From assembly GCA_965200235.1 (NCBI GenBank), contig OZ241339.1:372508-436507 (forward strand): a stretch of 64,000 nt of DNA, read 5' to 3'. This DNA comes from Pseudomonadales bacterium. Lineage in GTDB: Bacteria > Pseudomonadota > Gammaproteobacteria > Pseudomonadales > Azotimanducaceae. Below the pieces are notes generated by a model, which saw only the letters and a list, made by a program, of their open reading frames with translations, had not been told where the DNA came from and did not search any database. Positions 53,401-58,762 of this stretch are shown piece after piece; positions within the stretch are counted from its first letter, which is position 1; each line of letters opens with the position of its first letter. Position numbers and translations under genes: made by a program.

Positions 53401-56262
53401 CGCGCGCTCGTCGCGGGCGAATCGCTGCCAGTAGCCTTGACGTTCGGCGGCAGCGCCACCTTGGGCGCGGACTACGGCCTCGGCGCGCCGAGCGAGCTGC
53501 CTTCCGGTGTCGCCTACAGCGGCATTGATGCCGCCCCCTTGATCACCTTCACTGGCGGCACGGGCGCGGCGGACACCGCGACGCTGACCGTGACGGCGAT
53601 CGCCGACGACATGGCCGAAGCCGAGGACGAGACCATTACGGTTGCGCTCGACATGCTCGATGGCATGTCCGGAACGGGGCTCTCGGGCGGTGCGATGGGC
53701 AGCGGCGAAGGCACCTTGACGATCATCGAGCCTGAAGTGGTGTTCGAGCCGACGCTCCTTGTCTCCGAGACGACGCTGGCGATTACCGAAGGCGGCGAGA
53801 GTTCGTACACGGTCGCGCTCGGCGCCGAGCCGATGGGCGAAGTGACGATTGAGATCGCCGTGACCGGAAGTGCAGCGGTTGAACTCTCCGCGACGAGCCT
53901 GACGTTCACCAGTGAAACCTGGGAGACCGCGCAGCAGGTGACGGTGACGGCGCCCGAGGACGACAACCTTGCAGGCGAGTCGGGAGCGCTGAGTCACACG
54001 GCGTCCGGCGGCGGCTATGATTCGGTTGGCGCGGAAGTCGCGGTGACGGTGGCCGACAACGACGAGGCGTCGCTCGTTGTCTCCGAGACGACGCTGGCGA
54101 TTACCGAAGGCGGCGAGGGTTCGTACACGGTCGCGCTCGGTGCCGAGCCGATGGGCGAAGTGACGATTGAGATCGCCGCGACCGGAAGCGCAGCGGTTGA
54201 ACTCTCCGCGACGAGCCTGACGTTCACCAGTGAAACCTGGGAGACCGCGCAGCAGGTGACGGTGACGGCGCCCGAGGACGACAACCTTGCAGGCGAGTCG
54301 GGAGCGCTGAGTCACACGGCGTCCGGCGGCGGCTATGATTCGGTTGGCGCGGAAGTCGCGGTGACGGTGGCCGACAACGACGAGGCGTCGCTCATTGTCT
54401 CCGAGACCTTGCTCGCGCTCGTTGAAGGCGGCGAAGGGTCGTATACGATCGCGCTCGGCGCTGAGCCGTCGGGAACGGTGACCGTGTCCATCGCGGCCAC
54501 CGGCGATGCGGCGCTTGAACTGTCCGCCATGAGCCTGACGTTCAATGCGGGCAACTGGAACGCGGCGCAGCGCGTGAGCGTGACGGCGAGCGAAGACGAC
54601 AACCTTGCAGACGAGACCGGCTCGCTTGACCACAGCGCGTCGGGCGCCGGCTTTGCTTCGGCGGGCGCCAAAGTGTCCGTGACGGTGACCGACAACGACA
54701 CCGACCTCTCTGCAGCATCGTCCGCCTGGATGGCGCGCTTCGGGCGCACGGTGTCCGAGCAGGTCCTCGAAGGTGTGGGTGATCGCGTGGCCTCGCGGCG
54801 GCGCTTGGACGCCATGCCGTCCGAGGGCGGTGACGCTGAGAATGGCCTCAGCTTCATGGCTACCTTCGCCGGGATGGACATGGACGATCTCGATCTCGAC
54901 GCTTCGCGCGACCCGTTCGCAGGTCAGGCGTCACTTGGACTCACAGGCTTCATGAACCCGCAGCGATTTGCAGGCGGCGGCAGCCGGGGCGTATCCCCAG
55001 GCATGTTCCAGGGCGCATCCCTGAATCCCGATGCCGAAATGTCTGATCGCACCGAACCTGTGTCCGCGCCGCACTCGCAAAAGCAGGCGCTCGAGCAGCT
55101 GCTGCACCGCGCGCTGTCTGGCTCGGCCTTCAACTTGGACGGTCGGCGTTCGGACGGCTCGCAGTGGGGGCTGTGGGGACGCGGCTCGGTCGCTACCCTT
55201 GAGGGCCGATCAAGCGACGGCATCGCGATTGACGGCGATGTCATCACCGGTCAGCTTGGCGCGGACTGGTCGGCGAATCGCTGGCTATTCGGCCTCAGCT
55301 TCTCCTACAGCAAAGGCGACGGCGACTACACTTGGGCGAACGGCAGCGGCGACCTTGAATCGACCATGAGCGCATTCACGCCCTACATCAGCGTCGGCAC
55401 CGACCGCTTCTCTGCGTGGGGTGCGGTGAGCGCCGGGCGCGGCGACATGATGCTCACGCCCGATGAAGGCGCGACCATCGAGACCGATGTCGAGATGGAA
55501 CTCGGCGCTGTTGGGCTGCGCGGCGAACTCTTGAACTTCGGCAACGGCTTCAGCGTGTCGATATTGTCCGATGCCTTCGCCATGCAGTCGAGCGCGGATG
55601 CTGCTGTCGGAATGCCGGAAGCAGAAGTGGATGTGAGCCGCGTCCGCGCCGCGATCGAAGCGGCGTGGAGCCGGCAGATGGCGAACGGCGGCCGCTTCTC
55701 GGCGCGGCTTGAAGGCGGTGTTCGCCAAGACGACGGCGACGCCGAAGAAGGCGTTGGTGGCGAGGTGTCGGGCGGCCTGTCTTGGCGTCACGGCGGACTG
55801 ATTTTCGAGATCGAAGGCCGCAGCCTGGTGACGCACGAGGACGACAACTTCAGCCAAACAGGCGCTTCGGCGCACCTGTCCTGGGATCCGCAACCCGCAT
55901 CCGAGCTCGGGCCCTCGCTCTCCGTGCGCCAGCACTGGGGCGTGTCGACGGCGAGCGGCATCGACCAGATGTTCGAGATGCGCGACATGAACCGCTTCGG
56001 GCTTGAGACCGGCGCGCAGCGGCTCGACACCGAGCTTGGCTGGGGCTTGCCTGCCTTCGGCGACCGCTTCGTGGCGACGCCTTTCCTGCAGCACGGCGCG
56101 CAGGACAGCGCCGAGACGCAGACCTTCGGCTGGCGCCTGGCGCCCTTGGATGCGGAAGGCGAAGTGCTCGACCTCGACATGAGCTTCAAGGCTGTGCGTC
56201 GCATCGGCGTCACTGGCGAAACCGAGCACGGCATCGGTGTCGAGGGGCAGGTTCGCTTCTAG
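32434..56262 (+). CDS. giant (7942 aa) type Va autotransporter with Calx-beta-like / Ig-like repeat passenger
   Basis: One uninterrupted 23.8-kb ORF.
- Signal peptide: ...LLILPLALGLAATPTLAQTAG.
- Passenger: dozens of about 100-120-aa repeats with Calx-beta hallmarks (ITEGG.A.FTV..., ...DEPNGSVTVT...GYTV...A.V.V.DND).
- These alternate with a second repeat type (GETGGSK.ITVTLGRALV.GE.L.VP..F.G.AT.GTDYT...F.I.DDD) and with DPGA.VTVTP...WSTPQTVTVT modules.
- C-terminus: AWMARFGRTVSEQV linker, then a beta-barrel (WGLWGRGSVATLEG ... terminal VRF). Confidence 0.9.
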   Translation: MSLKIMPGLVSEFFGRCARRAYHRALTTVALLILPLALGLAATPTLAQTAGIQLSRTTFTLYADNDDISYSVRLRSQPSADVTVRIQLDNFGVSRVIFDNPNVCVPIPGVTNGPAGCTNGVFRWLDLTFTNSNWNQWQQVDASRFAETGFSEDGDQSAIFSHTATSSDNSYNNLGGPSFTVTPTSDNDSEPTSALTFLPAAVSVNEDSTDTYSVRLRSDPGNGSTVTITPNSGGLTAFTVAPTSLTFTGGGSGTWSTPQTVTITPVPDGDAGDDTYTIAHSGSGGGVPSNAGGLSLTIVDTVSRGITFNPKMIALLEDDNSTYTFRLATQPSGNVTVAGEIGDVRVAIVCDPNAPSGSDGRCLTGSSDVTRTNAERFSYTFTTTTWNQPATVELVSQSSTSRTSTTISHTATGGGYNSVSASLPVTFEPPTEPRVVLEVSSQSATEGSPVNVTVNLEGGPTLSANTVFPITITNGSAESADYTAISSVTVNAGARSGSASIAITDDNVFEAAETFTVALGTLPSGVRKSRPDEPTSYEITIATSDRPELRLEAPTTVNAGGRQPARQFEFKVIASNPADKDITVPLDVTITVPVSIGGDADGNLLAATDGGRKLLTLSEGDTEVSYSLWASDIEADSSRGRAEAEIVTGADYTVSSTAGSATVTVQNDYTTFIGLTAQAGNISETSGSKTITIALERGLVTPEALAVPLEITGTAVLGTDYTLSAPPTLPRGVAYSNLGSTDLTNSPPTVTFTGGATLSATTATLIVSATSDTLDEANETIGIAMDSAINSVNAGTNLDGGVQFERDESSVSFSITDDDDTPEVSITGPNAALTEGATAEYTISVSGEAQAELSIGLTVSQVGAFVDADDLGAQTLTLASGVTSLNFEVVTLADSADERDGSLTVALNTGTGYTVSSGAGSATVAVNDNDATFVEMSIGGSSDVDEASGSKTITIEISRGLVAGEVLALPLAVGGTATLGTDYTLAAPTSLPTGVTYTTLGSAPTVTFTGAATPTASEATLIFTATSDNLDEGDSESFTINLPTLNANSGTNLTGGAAGSDSVALDITDDDPPPALSVSVSPTTAITEGTSVTYTVSAPNPSAEELTIPYTVSQSTGAAFLAADSVGADELTLPAGDTSVTYTLATASDQNDEIDGSFTFALSTPANDAGYTLVSGETSVTTDVRDDDPTTVTLNVPAGAIAENAGSKTLTVVLGRGLVAGERLTVDVRFAGTATYTTDYTVTRPSGSIPAGITYNSFGATTRVFVVGPSANSFGLVVTAVQDNLNEGASESIIASLAPLNASSGTGLSGGASASGGATFAITDDDSGGGATIAADAAMVAEGTAASFTVTLASASVTATTVNYTVSQTGTVLAANAAGNKSVVVAAGETEATFTVGTASDTTDEVSGSVDVTITSGTGYTVGATSTASVEVTDDDPTLVAIAAASDNSALEGSTTDTAMFTVTLGRGLVDGESLEVPLAVTGIAAAEYSLAVAAATGVALSGNTLTFTGPESGASARTATITFTAADDESATDAANEAVAITIPASSASGTPRMTASGLDGGASGSGTAGITIVDKGIAGGAVSVSAGAAVTEGESATFTLAISTASTNPVTVNVTVAETGMVLAANEDGARTVVIPAGETEATFTVGTASDAIDEQSGSVDVTVNTGTGYSVGTNQASVAVADDDPTVVTIAATDGTAIEGDSDATAEFTVTLSRRLVAGESLVVPIGVAGLAARSEYTLALADAEDIALADNDLTFTGVDADSDTTATITLTANADSVASDAANEAVTVTIPASSASGTPRMTASGLAGGASGAGRARITITDAGITAGAVTIARSAASVTEGGTATFTLTSANAASKATTVNVTIAQTGAVVASSNLGAREVVIPANASSVSFTVATTADAIDEPSGTVTATVAAGTGYTVGATSTVSVEVTDNDPTSVTLAATDTAAAEGDSSDTAAFTVTLGRALESGETLVVPIAVAGFASNAEYSLALTAGTGLSLTGNTLTFTGMASAARIATITLSALAETDTSDADNEAVTVTIPASSTAGTSRMTATGLDGGAVGTGSARIAITDAGVAATPGVTLSGGTLVVKENESASYTIVLDTDPGQGSTVTVTPASANTDLSFSPLSVMFTGGASGTWDVPMAVTVTAGADGDVANDSATITHSVSGYTGVATVGDITVSVTDAMHGWVVEPEELTVAVGDTATYTVRLLSEPSRQVRFTASSDSNGTARVAPTDRQNIAPGNWQTGRQMTVNPRRAGTAIITHANNTGSQETSYRSEPIPSVKVLVTASGAPMVSIAADEASFTEDGSATFTVSSDEAAGSGGLLVDLTAVQEGRYADSGLPTDVWILEDQRAATVTVDLEDDSADESDGSLTLTLSSSEDYQVSSSGSATTILVDNDATLVTLARTSGADANIDETAGESSLTVMLGRALVAGEVLSVPLAVTGTATLNTDYTLAAPARRPAGVTYAGLNTASPSITFTGGASSSASASVRVLASSDAAAESDETINIALGTLDANSGTNLDGGASGSGSAAFTIADDDGTGPVISVTAGAAVTEGANASFTVTAAPAPSANLTVNLSVGASGDFVAGTNTGGKTVTIPTGGSATYTVATVGDGVDEPNGSVTLTAVAGQGYSVGNSGSGTVTVNDNDNTSVTLSAPASNIGETGGSKALTVTLGRALVSGETLTVPVNFAGAATRATFGTDYTIASTAATGVAYSALTSSPITITFTGRASASRTATLTLSATGDTTEEPNENIAVSLGAPTANAALGGATGSGTVSFSITDDDGSLPSVTIARSGASVTEGANATFTVTASAAPDANLTVNLNVARVGNFVTSTNAGSKTVTINSGSTTATFNVATAGDTADEADGSVTVSVATGSGYTVGSTSSATVDINDNDATTVTLSAPASNIGETGGSKQITVTLGRALVSGETLTVPVNFAGANPQATFGTDYTVAAPSTVPGGVGYSATTSSPITITFTGGAGASRAATLTLSARGDTSEESDENIALSLGTLGAASLSGGATGSGAPSFQIIDDDASLPVVSVVQGTSPVTEGTPASFTVSVAPTQSAALTVNVNISRVGNFIASGDAGIDTVTIPTAGTVTYSVDTTADTTDEANGSVTLTATAGRGYTVSGSAGSATVAVNDNDNTGVTLSARAGNIGETGGTKELTVTLGRPLAAGETLAVPLTFGGTATFGSDYTLSSPTPRPSGVGYSNLSSTNLTDNPPTITFTGGAAVSRTATLTVSASNNAVEETDETVTVALGTLAANTALGAATGSGTASFSIIDDDDPSLPTVNVAAGAAVAEGGNATFTFSVSPATHPALTVRYTVTQNGSFLTSGALGAGKTVSLAEDAGSATVSIPTVNDSNDEAAGEVTVTLTAQAAYQVGTGSDSVDVTDNDPTSVTITAPSGNIAEDGGTKVITVTLGRALVTGESASVVLDPGGAATLGTDYTLLAPTTVPAGVAYTTLGTAPTITFTGGTAPASATVTLRADDDIRDEGDAETVTVGINGTASSATNLGGGLSGSGSASFSITDDDGTPVVSIAAGATVTEASALATFPITISPAPQENLSLIFFVSQMGDFSEYPGELGLVDFSNDYGPLPLLIGTSTTEITWDLLDDRTDEPSGSITIELRPGNGYRVSSAEGASSATVRVLDNDSSTVTLAVAAGDLTELVSPATDKLTISVNRALVDGEEIAVPIEFAGGAIGTQLSLSMATTTGASLNATTGVLTFSSGGQSATVRIAPLLDPDEIDNTITVSLGTLGLTNIDGGASATGSGSFNIIDAGPQPAVDLSATTVALTEGGAAGTYRVKLHTDPGASVTVTPSSADDTRVTVSGALTFTGGATGTWDDWQTVTLTPLPDGDTASEEVVISHAVTGYGSVISGPDLTVSLVDIGAGVTVTPTSLTVQEGSSANYTVVLNSRPSQNVVITPASSAVANATVGGAVTIMPATWDQPRTVQVTGVDRGSANINHAVTSADSSYSGASASPVAVTVGASPRVRVSTTSVTASERGADGVYMVSLNTDPSGTARVTATRSSDEIAVNGGASATLTFNSSNWQTPQRITVRAQPDYDKDNDTAAITHAVTGYGSVSSGPQVSVSTVDIGATMIYLERSADPINDLNPLAIPDRRVTSLTLNEGESKDFYAVITTRARVIFGSVTFPSDLAVSGGIGGNFRASGQTGSRANLSISATSSGSTSGHVCAYVIDPHPDYPQQTAPTSLSQCNAAYTLPVTVNLGDRVNIEPTTLDIEEGGSAQTYEVWLNTDPSGTATVTPVSPDIGAVTVSGALTFNSRNFGDRQQVTVTPVDDDDRDDETVAITHTVADYSGSASGVTVNVDDDDDLPDISIVATAASVVEGGTASFTISADPAPEASLTVNLTVQQTGDYGIAAGSLGSQTVTIAATETSASFTAATAGDDVDETAGSLAATIATGSGYTVAASPANTATVELRDNDATSVTLAVPAGNIAEADGTKTITVTLGRALVSPEVLPVPLSFLGSATRGTDYALTAPNPVPAGLAFNLSGATPSITFTGPSPEAATFTLASTDDDADEGLSESVSVALGTLNASSGTNLHGGAVGSGSGAFAIEDDETTVVPEVSIAAGAAATEGGNATFTVSVSPAISAALTVALNVTQDGTFVAAGNLGADEVIVPAGEASAVFSVATVNDDLDTADGSVTVTITDDAAYTISSTAAAATADVTDNDATIVTLANDVPVTQEASGTPARFTVSLSRALVTGEAIRAPLSYAGGPNGAFTLSGNPNGIDFTSNVLTFTGGTGAATTATIQFFSSRDQDNEDENYTVSFGTVVGRGLGGGASGAGTAAISVLDDLRATQTISVEATSASIDEGGTATFTVTTSRPYGSQLGGENRTVRVGLRGTGAATLPAEFRSLTFPIGTASLPLSVATQTDDVDRPTGAVIATVQSGSDYVVSSSAGTAEVPVNDDDPTTFTVGLLNATIQLNEEDSVNERTTAGNVLRFSFSRGLVAGETVNIPLVFTGGTPGEDFFIRTTLAADGTPPSWLSISSAGVVTISGGETAGFDTYLVVLDDDDGIDERITLSSIGTITHTGLGGSATGTIRAPATFSIIDNDQPSGPAVSIESDGDVTEGTAAAFTLSVSPAPTAELEVSLTVAEEGGFVDSSNTGAQTVTIAADATSAAFTVATLGDTADEPDGSVTVTVASGTGYEVDSPSSAEAAIADDDATTVTLAVTDAIATEGDSSATGAFTVTLGRALVSGESLTAPLGLSGATAGDEFRLALTAASGIGFNAATSTLTFTGGTGASTVATLTLTAEDDDNFADETLTLSLGALSSSGLSGGVEGTGSGDIEITDAGAPEPVISVTAGAGITEGGTATFTVTAAPAPTAELEVALAVSQQGSYVASGNLGSASVTFAANDGSETFTVATQGDNVDEPNGAVVVTVVNGTGYGPSSTSGSAQVAVADDEATSVTLAVTDTTATEGDSSATAAFTVTLGRALAAGEGISVPLTFTGGDPGDDFSMALATATGISFTAATSTLTFTGSASADSVANLTFTALEDDNFVNDTVGVALGAVTVTNLGGGVNASGSGNITVTDAGVPDPVISIAGSAGVTEGGTATFTVTAAPVQPTDTSVSVNVTQEGSYVAADDLGADTVTIPANAASADFTVATVGDSADEPNGSVTVTVTSGSDYEVSSTAGSDEVDVADDDATTVVLAVTDATATEGDSTATAAFTVTLGRALATGEGLTVALGFAGGASGDDFTLALTTATGISFAAATNTLTFSGGAGASSTATLTFSAANDADTTDETVTVSLGTLTPSALGGGVIGSRTGDGEIVITDAGVVGAVIVAGSPVAVTEGGATGSYTVVLATDPGAIVTVTPSSGDTSAVTVSGALTFNTGNWSTPQAVTVTPVSDGDVTNESVSISHAVSGYAGVTSAPTATVTVTDLGRGVVVEPTAIDIDQGDSETYSVVLVSAPAVGTTVSVVAASGDEEVATVSGTPLFTTANWSAPQNVTVTGVGGGSTSISHSITSADTDYSSITPSAVSVSVTAVPAVLLSESTIEVTERGEDSSYDVVLATNPGAEVTVTPVSSDASAASVSAALTFNASNWSTPQTVTVSPEIDNDAVGETVAISHTVTGYQGASAPSDIAVTVTDFGHAILVEPTALSVPAGETASYSVTITSASASGVTLTPTSGADATATVGAGVTLSAADANTAVEIVVTGVAVGQTSITHAIATVDPNYASVAAAPLAVDVTAAAGVRIAPLELALTEGGEDDSYEVRLGTDPGATVTVTPSAGDAGAVTVSGALTFNSTNWSDPQTVTIAAVDDDDRDDESVTITHAVSGYAGVTSAPDVTVTVSDDDLLPTVSVSATVGSVSEGGNATLRVSATPAPAADLEVSLTLAAQGDFFASDALGDVTATIAAGAEFVNVTLPILSDEIDEPNGSLSATLVAGDGYLLAEAPANATVKIIADNDATQVTLASAAGEDIDEDGGSALLRVALGRALQAGEALEVVLELGGSAELGGDYTLAAPSAAPAGVAYSGLDSAPTITFTGGAGASASAALRLVAVSDSIDEGDGESVTIALAALDSNAGTNLGGGASGTGSVSLEIVDDDDPIVLPTVSVSAGPAATEGGEAVFSILANPAPDGEIRVGLSVSDSGAFVAAGDLGERFVTLSAASPSTSVSVATIDDENDEADGAVSVTMQAGEGYVLSRTDASASVSVSDDDATSVSVAASSEDVAENQRATVTVMIGRALAPSETLEVELEISGDAVLGVDYRLEVPAVVPPGVSYAMLDSAPRVIFTGGVAASLLAPIVIVPIADDESEDAGESLSIGVAPNEDIAPSGGAIGSEPVDIDIVEPTEPVDPVPGGTPEVSITANAAIVEGGEALFTLFANPAPERDLAVSVVIAEQGGFLADATMTAFEATVKSGETSTVLRIATARDDLDEADGAVSATVQAGSGYTLAGAPGNAASVVVTDDDATFVTLNVPADSLAEAGGSAVLTVSLGRALVAGESLPVALTFGGSATLGADYGLGAPSELPSGVAYSGIDAAPLITFTGGTGAADTATLTVTAIADDMAEAEDETITVALDMLDGMSGTGLSGGAMGSGEGTLTIIEPEVVFEPTLLVSETTLAITEGGESSYTVALGAEPMGEVTIEIAVTGSAAVELSATSLTFTSETWETAQQVTVTAPEDDNLAGESGALSHTASGGGYDSVGAEVAVTVADNDEASLVVSETTLAITEGGEGSYTVALGAEPMGEVTIEIAATGSAAVELSATSLTFTSETWETAQQVTVTAPEDDNLAGESGALSHTASGGGYDSVGAEVAVTVADNDEASLIVSETLLALVEGGEGSYTIALGAEPSGTVTVSIAATGDAALELSAMSLTFNAGNWNAAQRVSVTASEDDNLADETGSLDHSASGAGFASAGAKVSVTVTDNDTDLSAASSAWMARFGRTVSEQVLEGVGDRVASRRRLDAMPSEGGDAENGLSFMATFAGMDMDDLDLDASRDPFAGQASLGLTGFMNPQRFAGGGSRGVSPGMFQGASLNPDAEMSDRTEPVSAPHSQKQALEQLLHRALSGSAFNLDGRRSDGSQWGLWGRGSVATLEGRSSDGIAIDGDVITGQLGADWSANRWLFGLSFSYSKGDGDYTWANGSGDLESTMSAFTPYISVGTDRFSAWGAVSAGRGDMMLTPDEGATIETDVEMELGAVGLRGELLNFGNGFSVSILSDAFAMQSSADAAVGMPEAEVDVSRVRAAIEAAWSRQMANGGRFSARLEGGVRQDDGDAEEGVGGEVSGGLSWRHGGLIFEIEGRSLVTHEDDNFSQTGASAHLSWDPQPASELGPSLSVRQHWGVSTASGIDQMFEMRDMNRFGLETGAQRLDTELGWGLPAFGDRFVATPFLQHGAQDSAETQTFGWRLAPLDAEGEVLDLDMSFKAVRRIGVTGETEHGIGVEGQVRF
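53755..54708 (+). repeat. 3 x 318-bp tandem repeat inside the giant gene (copies 1-2 about 98% identical, copy 3 diverged)
   Basis: 53755-54072 and 54073-54390 differ at only a handful of positions (peptide LVSETTLAITEGGE.SYTVALGAEPMGEVTIEIA.TGSAAVELSATSLTFTSETWETAQQVTVTAPEDDNLAGESGALSHTASGGGYDSVGAEVAVTVADNDEAS). 54391-54708 is a diverged third unit. Confidence 0.85.
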
Positions 56263-56308
56263 CGACCTCCGCTCTGCCAACGCAGGAGCAAGAAGCCGGC
56301 GCCGCTAA

Positions 56309-56561
56309 GGAAGGTCTGATCAAGTCTGCAAAGCTCAGAGGTCATGTGGGGTGCGCTGGCAAGGAATGACGAAGAAGCGTGGCAGGCCCCACGTGATGAG
56401 GAATGACGCAGGCAGCGCGCCCCACATGACGTCCCGAAGGGCGCTTCGCGTGGTGGTAGAGACGATTTCGTTGATTTTTTCGGTCACGGTAGTGTAGACG
56501 AGTCAATTTCGATGAGCCAACAAGAGAAGCGCTGAGCGAAGTAGACTTGATCAGACCTTCC
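56309..56561. mobile_element. MITE family D (about 253 bp) with 19-bp TIR and CTAA flanks
   Basis: GGAAGGTCTGATCAAGTCT (56309-56327) and its exact complement at 56543-56561. CTAA lies on both sides (56305-56308, 56562-56565). It has an internal palindrome CATGTGGGGTGCGCTG...CAGCGCGCCCCACATG. Confidence 0.75.
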
Positions 56562-56705
56562 CTAAGCTGTTGGCGAAGATGCGCCGGTCGCCATGCGTCG
56601 CCATGCTAAGATGCGGCGATTTTGCGTGCCGCTACGCATGATCCGTGCGTTCTGAGCTGTCTTCTCAGCGCGTTTTCCACTCGAACGAACAGGCTTCATT
56701 CCGTT

Positions 56706-58736
56706 ATGCAGACAGAACTTCTACTTCCGCCGTTGATCGGCTTGCTTGGCCTCATCGCCGCCGGTGTCATCTATCTCATCGTCAAGCGCTATCCCGAAGG
56801 CGAGGATGCCCTCAAGGAAATTGCCGAGACCATTCATCAGGGCGCGATGGTGTTCATGCGCCGCGAATACTCGAACCTCGCCATGTTTGCGGCCATCTTG
56901 CTGGTGGCCTTGTGGTTTTCGCTTGGCACCGAGACAGCCCTTGCCTTTTTTGCGGGTGCGCTGTCGTCCGCGCTTGCTGGCTGGCTCGGCATGTACACTG
57001 CGACGCGCGCCAATGTGCGCACGACCACCGCTGCCCACACCAAAGGCATGCCGGAAGCCCTGTCAGTCGCGTTCTTCGGCGGCTCGATCATGGGCCTTGC
57101 GGTGGCGGCCTTGGGATTGCTCGGTCTCGGCACGGTCTACTTCTTCTTCGGTGGCGACCCGCACACTGCCGAGCACATTCACGGCTTCGGCATGGGCGCA
57201 TCGGTGGTGGCGCTCTTTTCGCGTGTCGGTGGCGGCATCTACACCAAGAGCGCCGATGTCGGCGCTGATTTGGTCGGCAAAATCGAAGCCGGCATCCCTG
57301 AAGACGACCCGCGCAATCCGGGTGTGATCGCCGATAACGTTGGCGACAACGTGGGTGACGTCGCTGGCATGGGGTCTGACATCTTCGAATCCTACTGCGG
57401 CTCGATGATCGCGACCATTGCGATTGCCGCGACTTTGAGTGCGGCGGCCGTCGAATTGGTCGCGCCTGGCCTCGGCGAAGACGCTGGCAAGGCGAGCCTC
57501 ATGTTTCTGCCGCTTGCGCTCGCATCGGCCGGACTTCTCTGTTCAATCCTCGGCATCGGTGTCGTGCGCGCCTTCTCATCGGCAAACCCCGCCAAGGCCC
57601 TTCGCATCGGCATGATCGCAACGCCGGTAATGTTCTTAGGCGTTGCGTGGTTCGTCGTCTCGGCGAGTGGGGTCAGCGCCAATGTGTGGACGGCCGTGCT
57701 GCTCGGCTCGGTCGGCGGCGTGGTCATCGGGCTCGTCACCGAGTATTACACCTCGGCGAGTCCTATCCGCAAGATCGCTGAATCGGGACAGACAGGGCCG
57801 GCGACGGTGATCATCGCCGGATTTGCCAACGGCATGCAGTCGGTGGTGGTGCCGCTGCTCACCATCTGCGCCATCATCTGGTTCTCGACCGAACTCGCCG
57901 GTCTGTATGGCGTCGGCATCGCCGCGGTCGGTTTGCTTGCGACGGTCGGCATGACCATGGCCGTGGATGCCTACGGGCCGGTGGCGGACAACGCCGGCGG
58001 CATCGCCGAGATGGGCGGCCTCGGCGAAGATACGCGCCGTATCACCGATTCGCTCGACGAAGTTGGCAACACTACGGCGGCGCTCGGCAAAGGCTTCGCT
58101 ATTGGCGCTGCGGCCTTGGCGGCGCTCGCCATCATCACCGCCTATGTGGAGACCATCAGCCTTGGTATGGAGGGCGAGTTTTCCCTGCACCTCGGCGACC
58201 CGAAGGTGTTGATCGGTATTTTCATCGGCGGCATCACGCCGTTCCTGATCGCATCCTTGACCATGACCTCGGTCGGCGATGCGGCAATGGATATGGTCAA
58301 CGAAATTAGGCGTCAGTTTCGCGAGATTCCCGGTCTGCTCGAAGGCTCCGGCAAGCCCGACACCGAGCGCTGCATCGACATCGCGACGCGCGCTGCGCTC
58401 AGGCGGATGATCGTGCCGGGGGTGATTGCGGTTGGCGTGCCGCCGCTTGTCGGCTTCGGCATCGGGCCGGAGGCATTGGGCGGCGCGCTCGGCGGCGGCT
58501 TGCTCGGCTGCGTGCTGCTTGCGCTCACCATGGCGAATGCCGGCGGCGCGTGGGACAACGCCAAGAAGTTTGTCGAGAAGGGCAATCTCGGCGGCAAGGG
58601 TTCTGCGGCGCATGCGGCCAATGTGGTTGGCGACACGGTGGGCGACCCGTTCAAGGACACATCCGGGCCGAGCATGAACATCCTCATCAACGTGATGGCG
58701 ATCGTGTCGCTGGTGATTGCGCCGCTATTGGTATAG
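56706..58736 (+). CDS. hppA: membrane-bound proton/sodium-translocating pyrophosphatase
   Basis: From ATG 56706: [23 protein letters not shown] ... [56 protein letters not shown] ... [15 protein letters not shown] ... [14 protein letters not shown] ... [20 protein letters not shown], canonical H+-PPase motifs. The track ORF begins at 56622. Confidence 0.9.
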   Translation: MQTELLLPPLIGLLGLIAAGVIYLIVKRYPEGEDALKEIAETIHQGAMVFMRREYSNLAMFAAILLVALWFSLGTETALAFFAGALSSALAGWLGMYTATRANVRTTTAAHTKGMPEALSVAFFGGSIMGLAVAALGLLGLGTVYFFFGGDPHTAEHIHGFGMGASVVALFSRVGGGIYTKSADVGADLVGKIEAGIPEDDPRNPGVIADNVGDNVGDVAGMGSDIFESYCGSMIATIAIAATLSAAAVELVAPGLGEDAGKASLMFLPLALASAGLLCSILGIGVVRAFSSANPAKALRIGMIATPVMFLGVAWFVVSASGVSANVWTAVLLGSVGGVVIGLVTEYYTSASPIRKIAESGQTGPATVIIAGFANGMQSVVVPLLTICAIIWFSTELAGLYGVGIAAVGLLATVGMTMAVDAYGPVADNAGGIAEMGGLGEDTRRITDSLDEVGNTTAALGKGFAIGAAALAALAIITAYVETISLGMEGEFSLHLGDPKVLIGIFIGGITPFLIASLTMTSVGDAAMDMVNEIRRQFREIPGLLEGSGKPDTERCIDIATRAALRRMIVPGVIAVGVPPLVGFGIGPEALGGALGGGLLGCVLLALTMANAGGAWDNAKKFVEKGNLGGKGSAAHAANVVGDTVGDPFKDTSGPSMNILINVMAIVSLVIAPLLV

Positions 58737-58762
58737 AGATATCAGTGTAGACGCAGAGCAGA

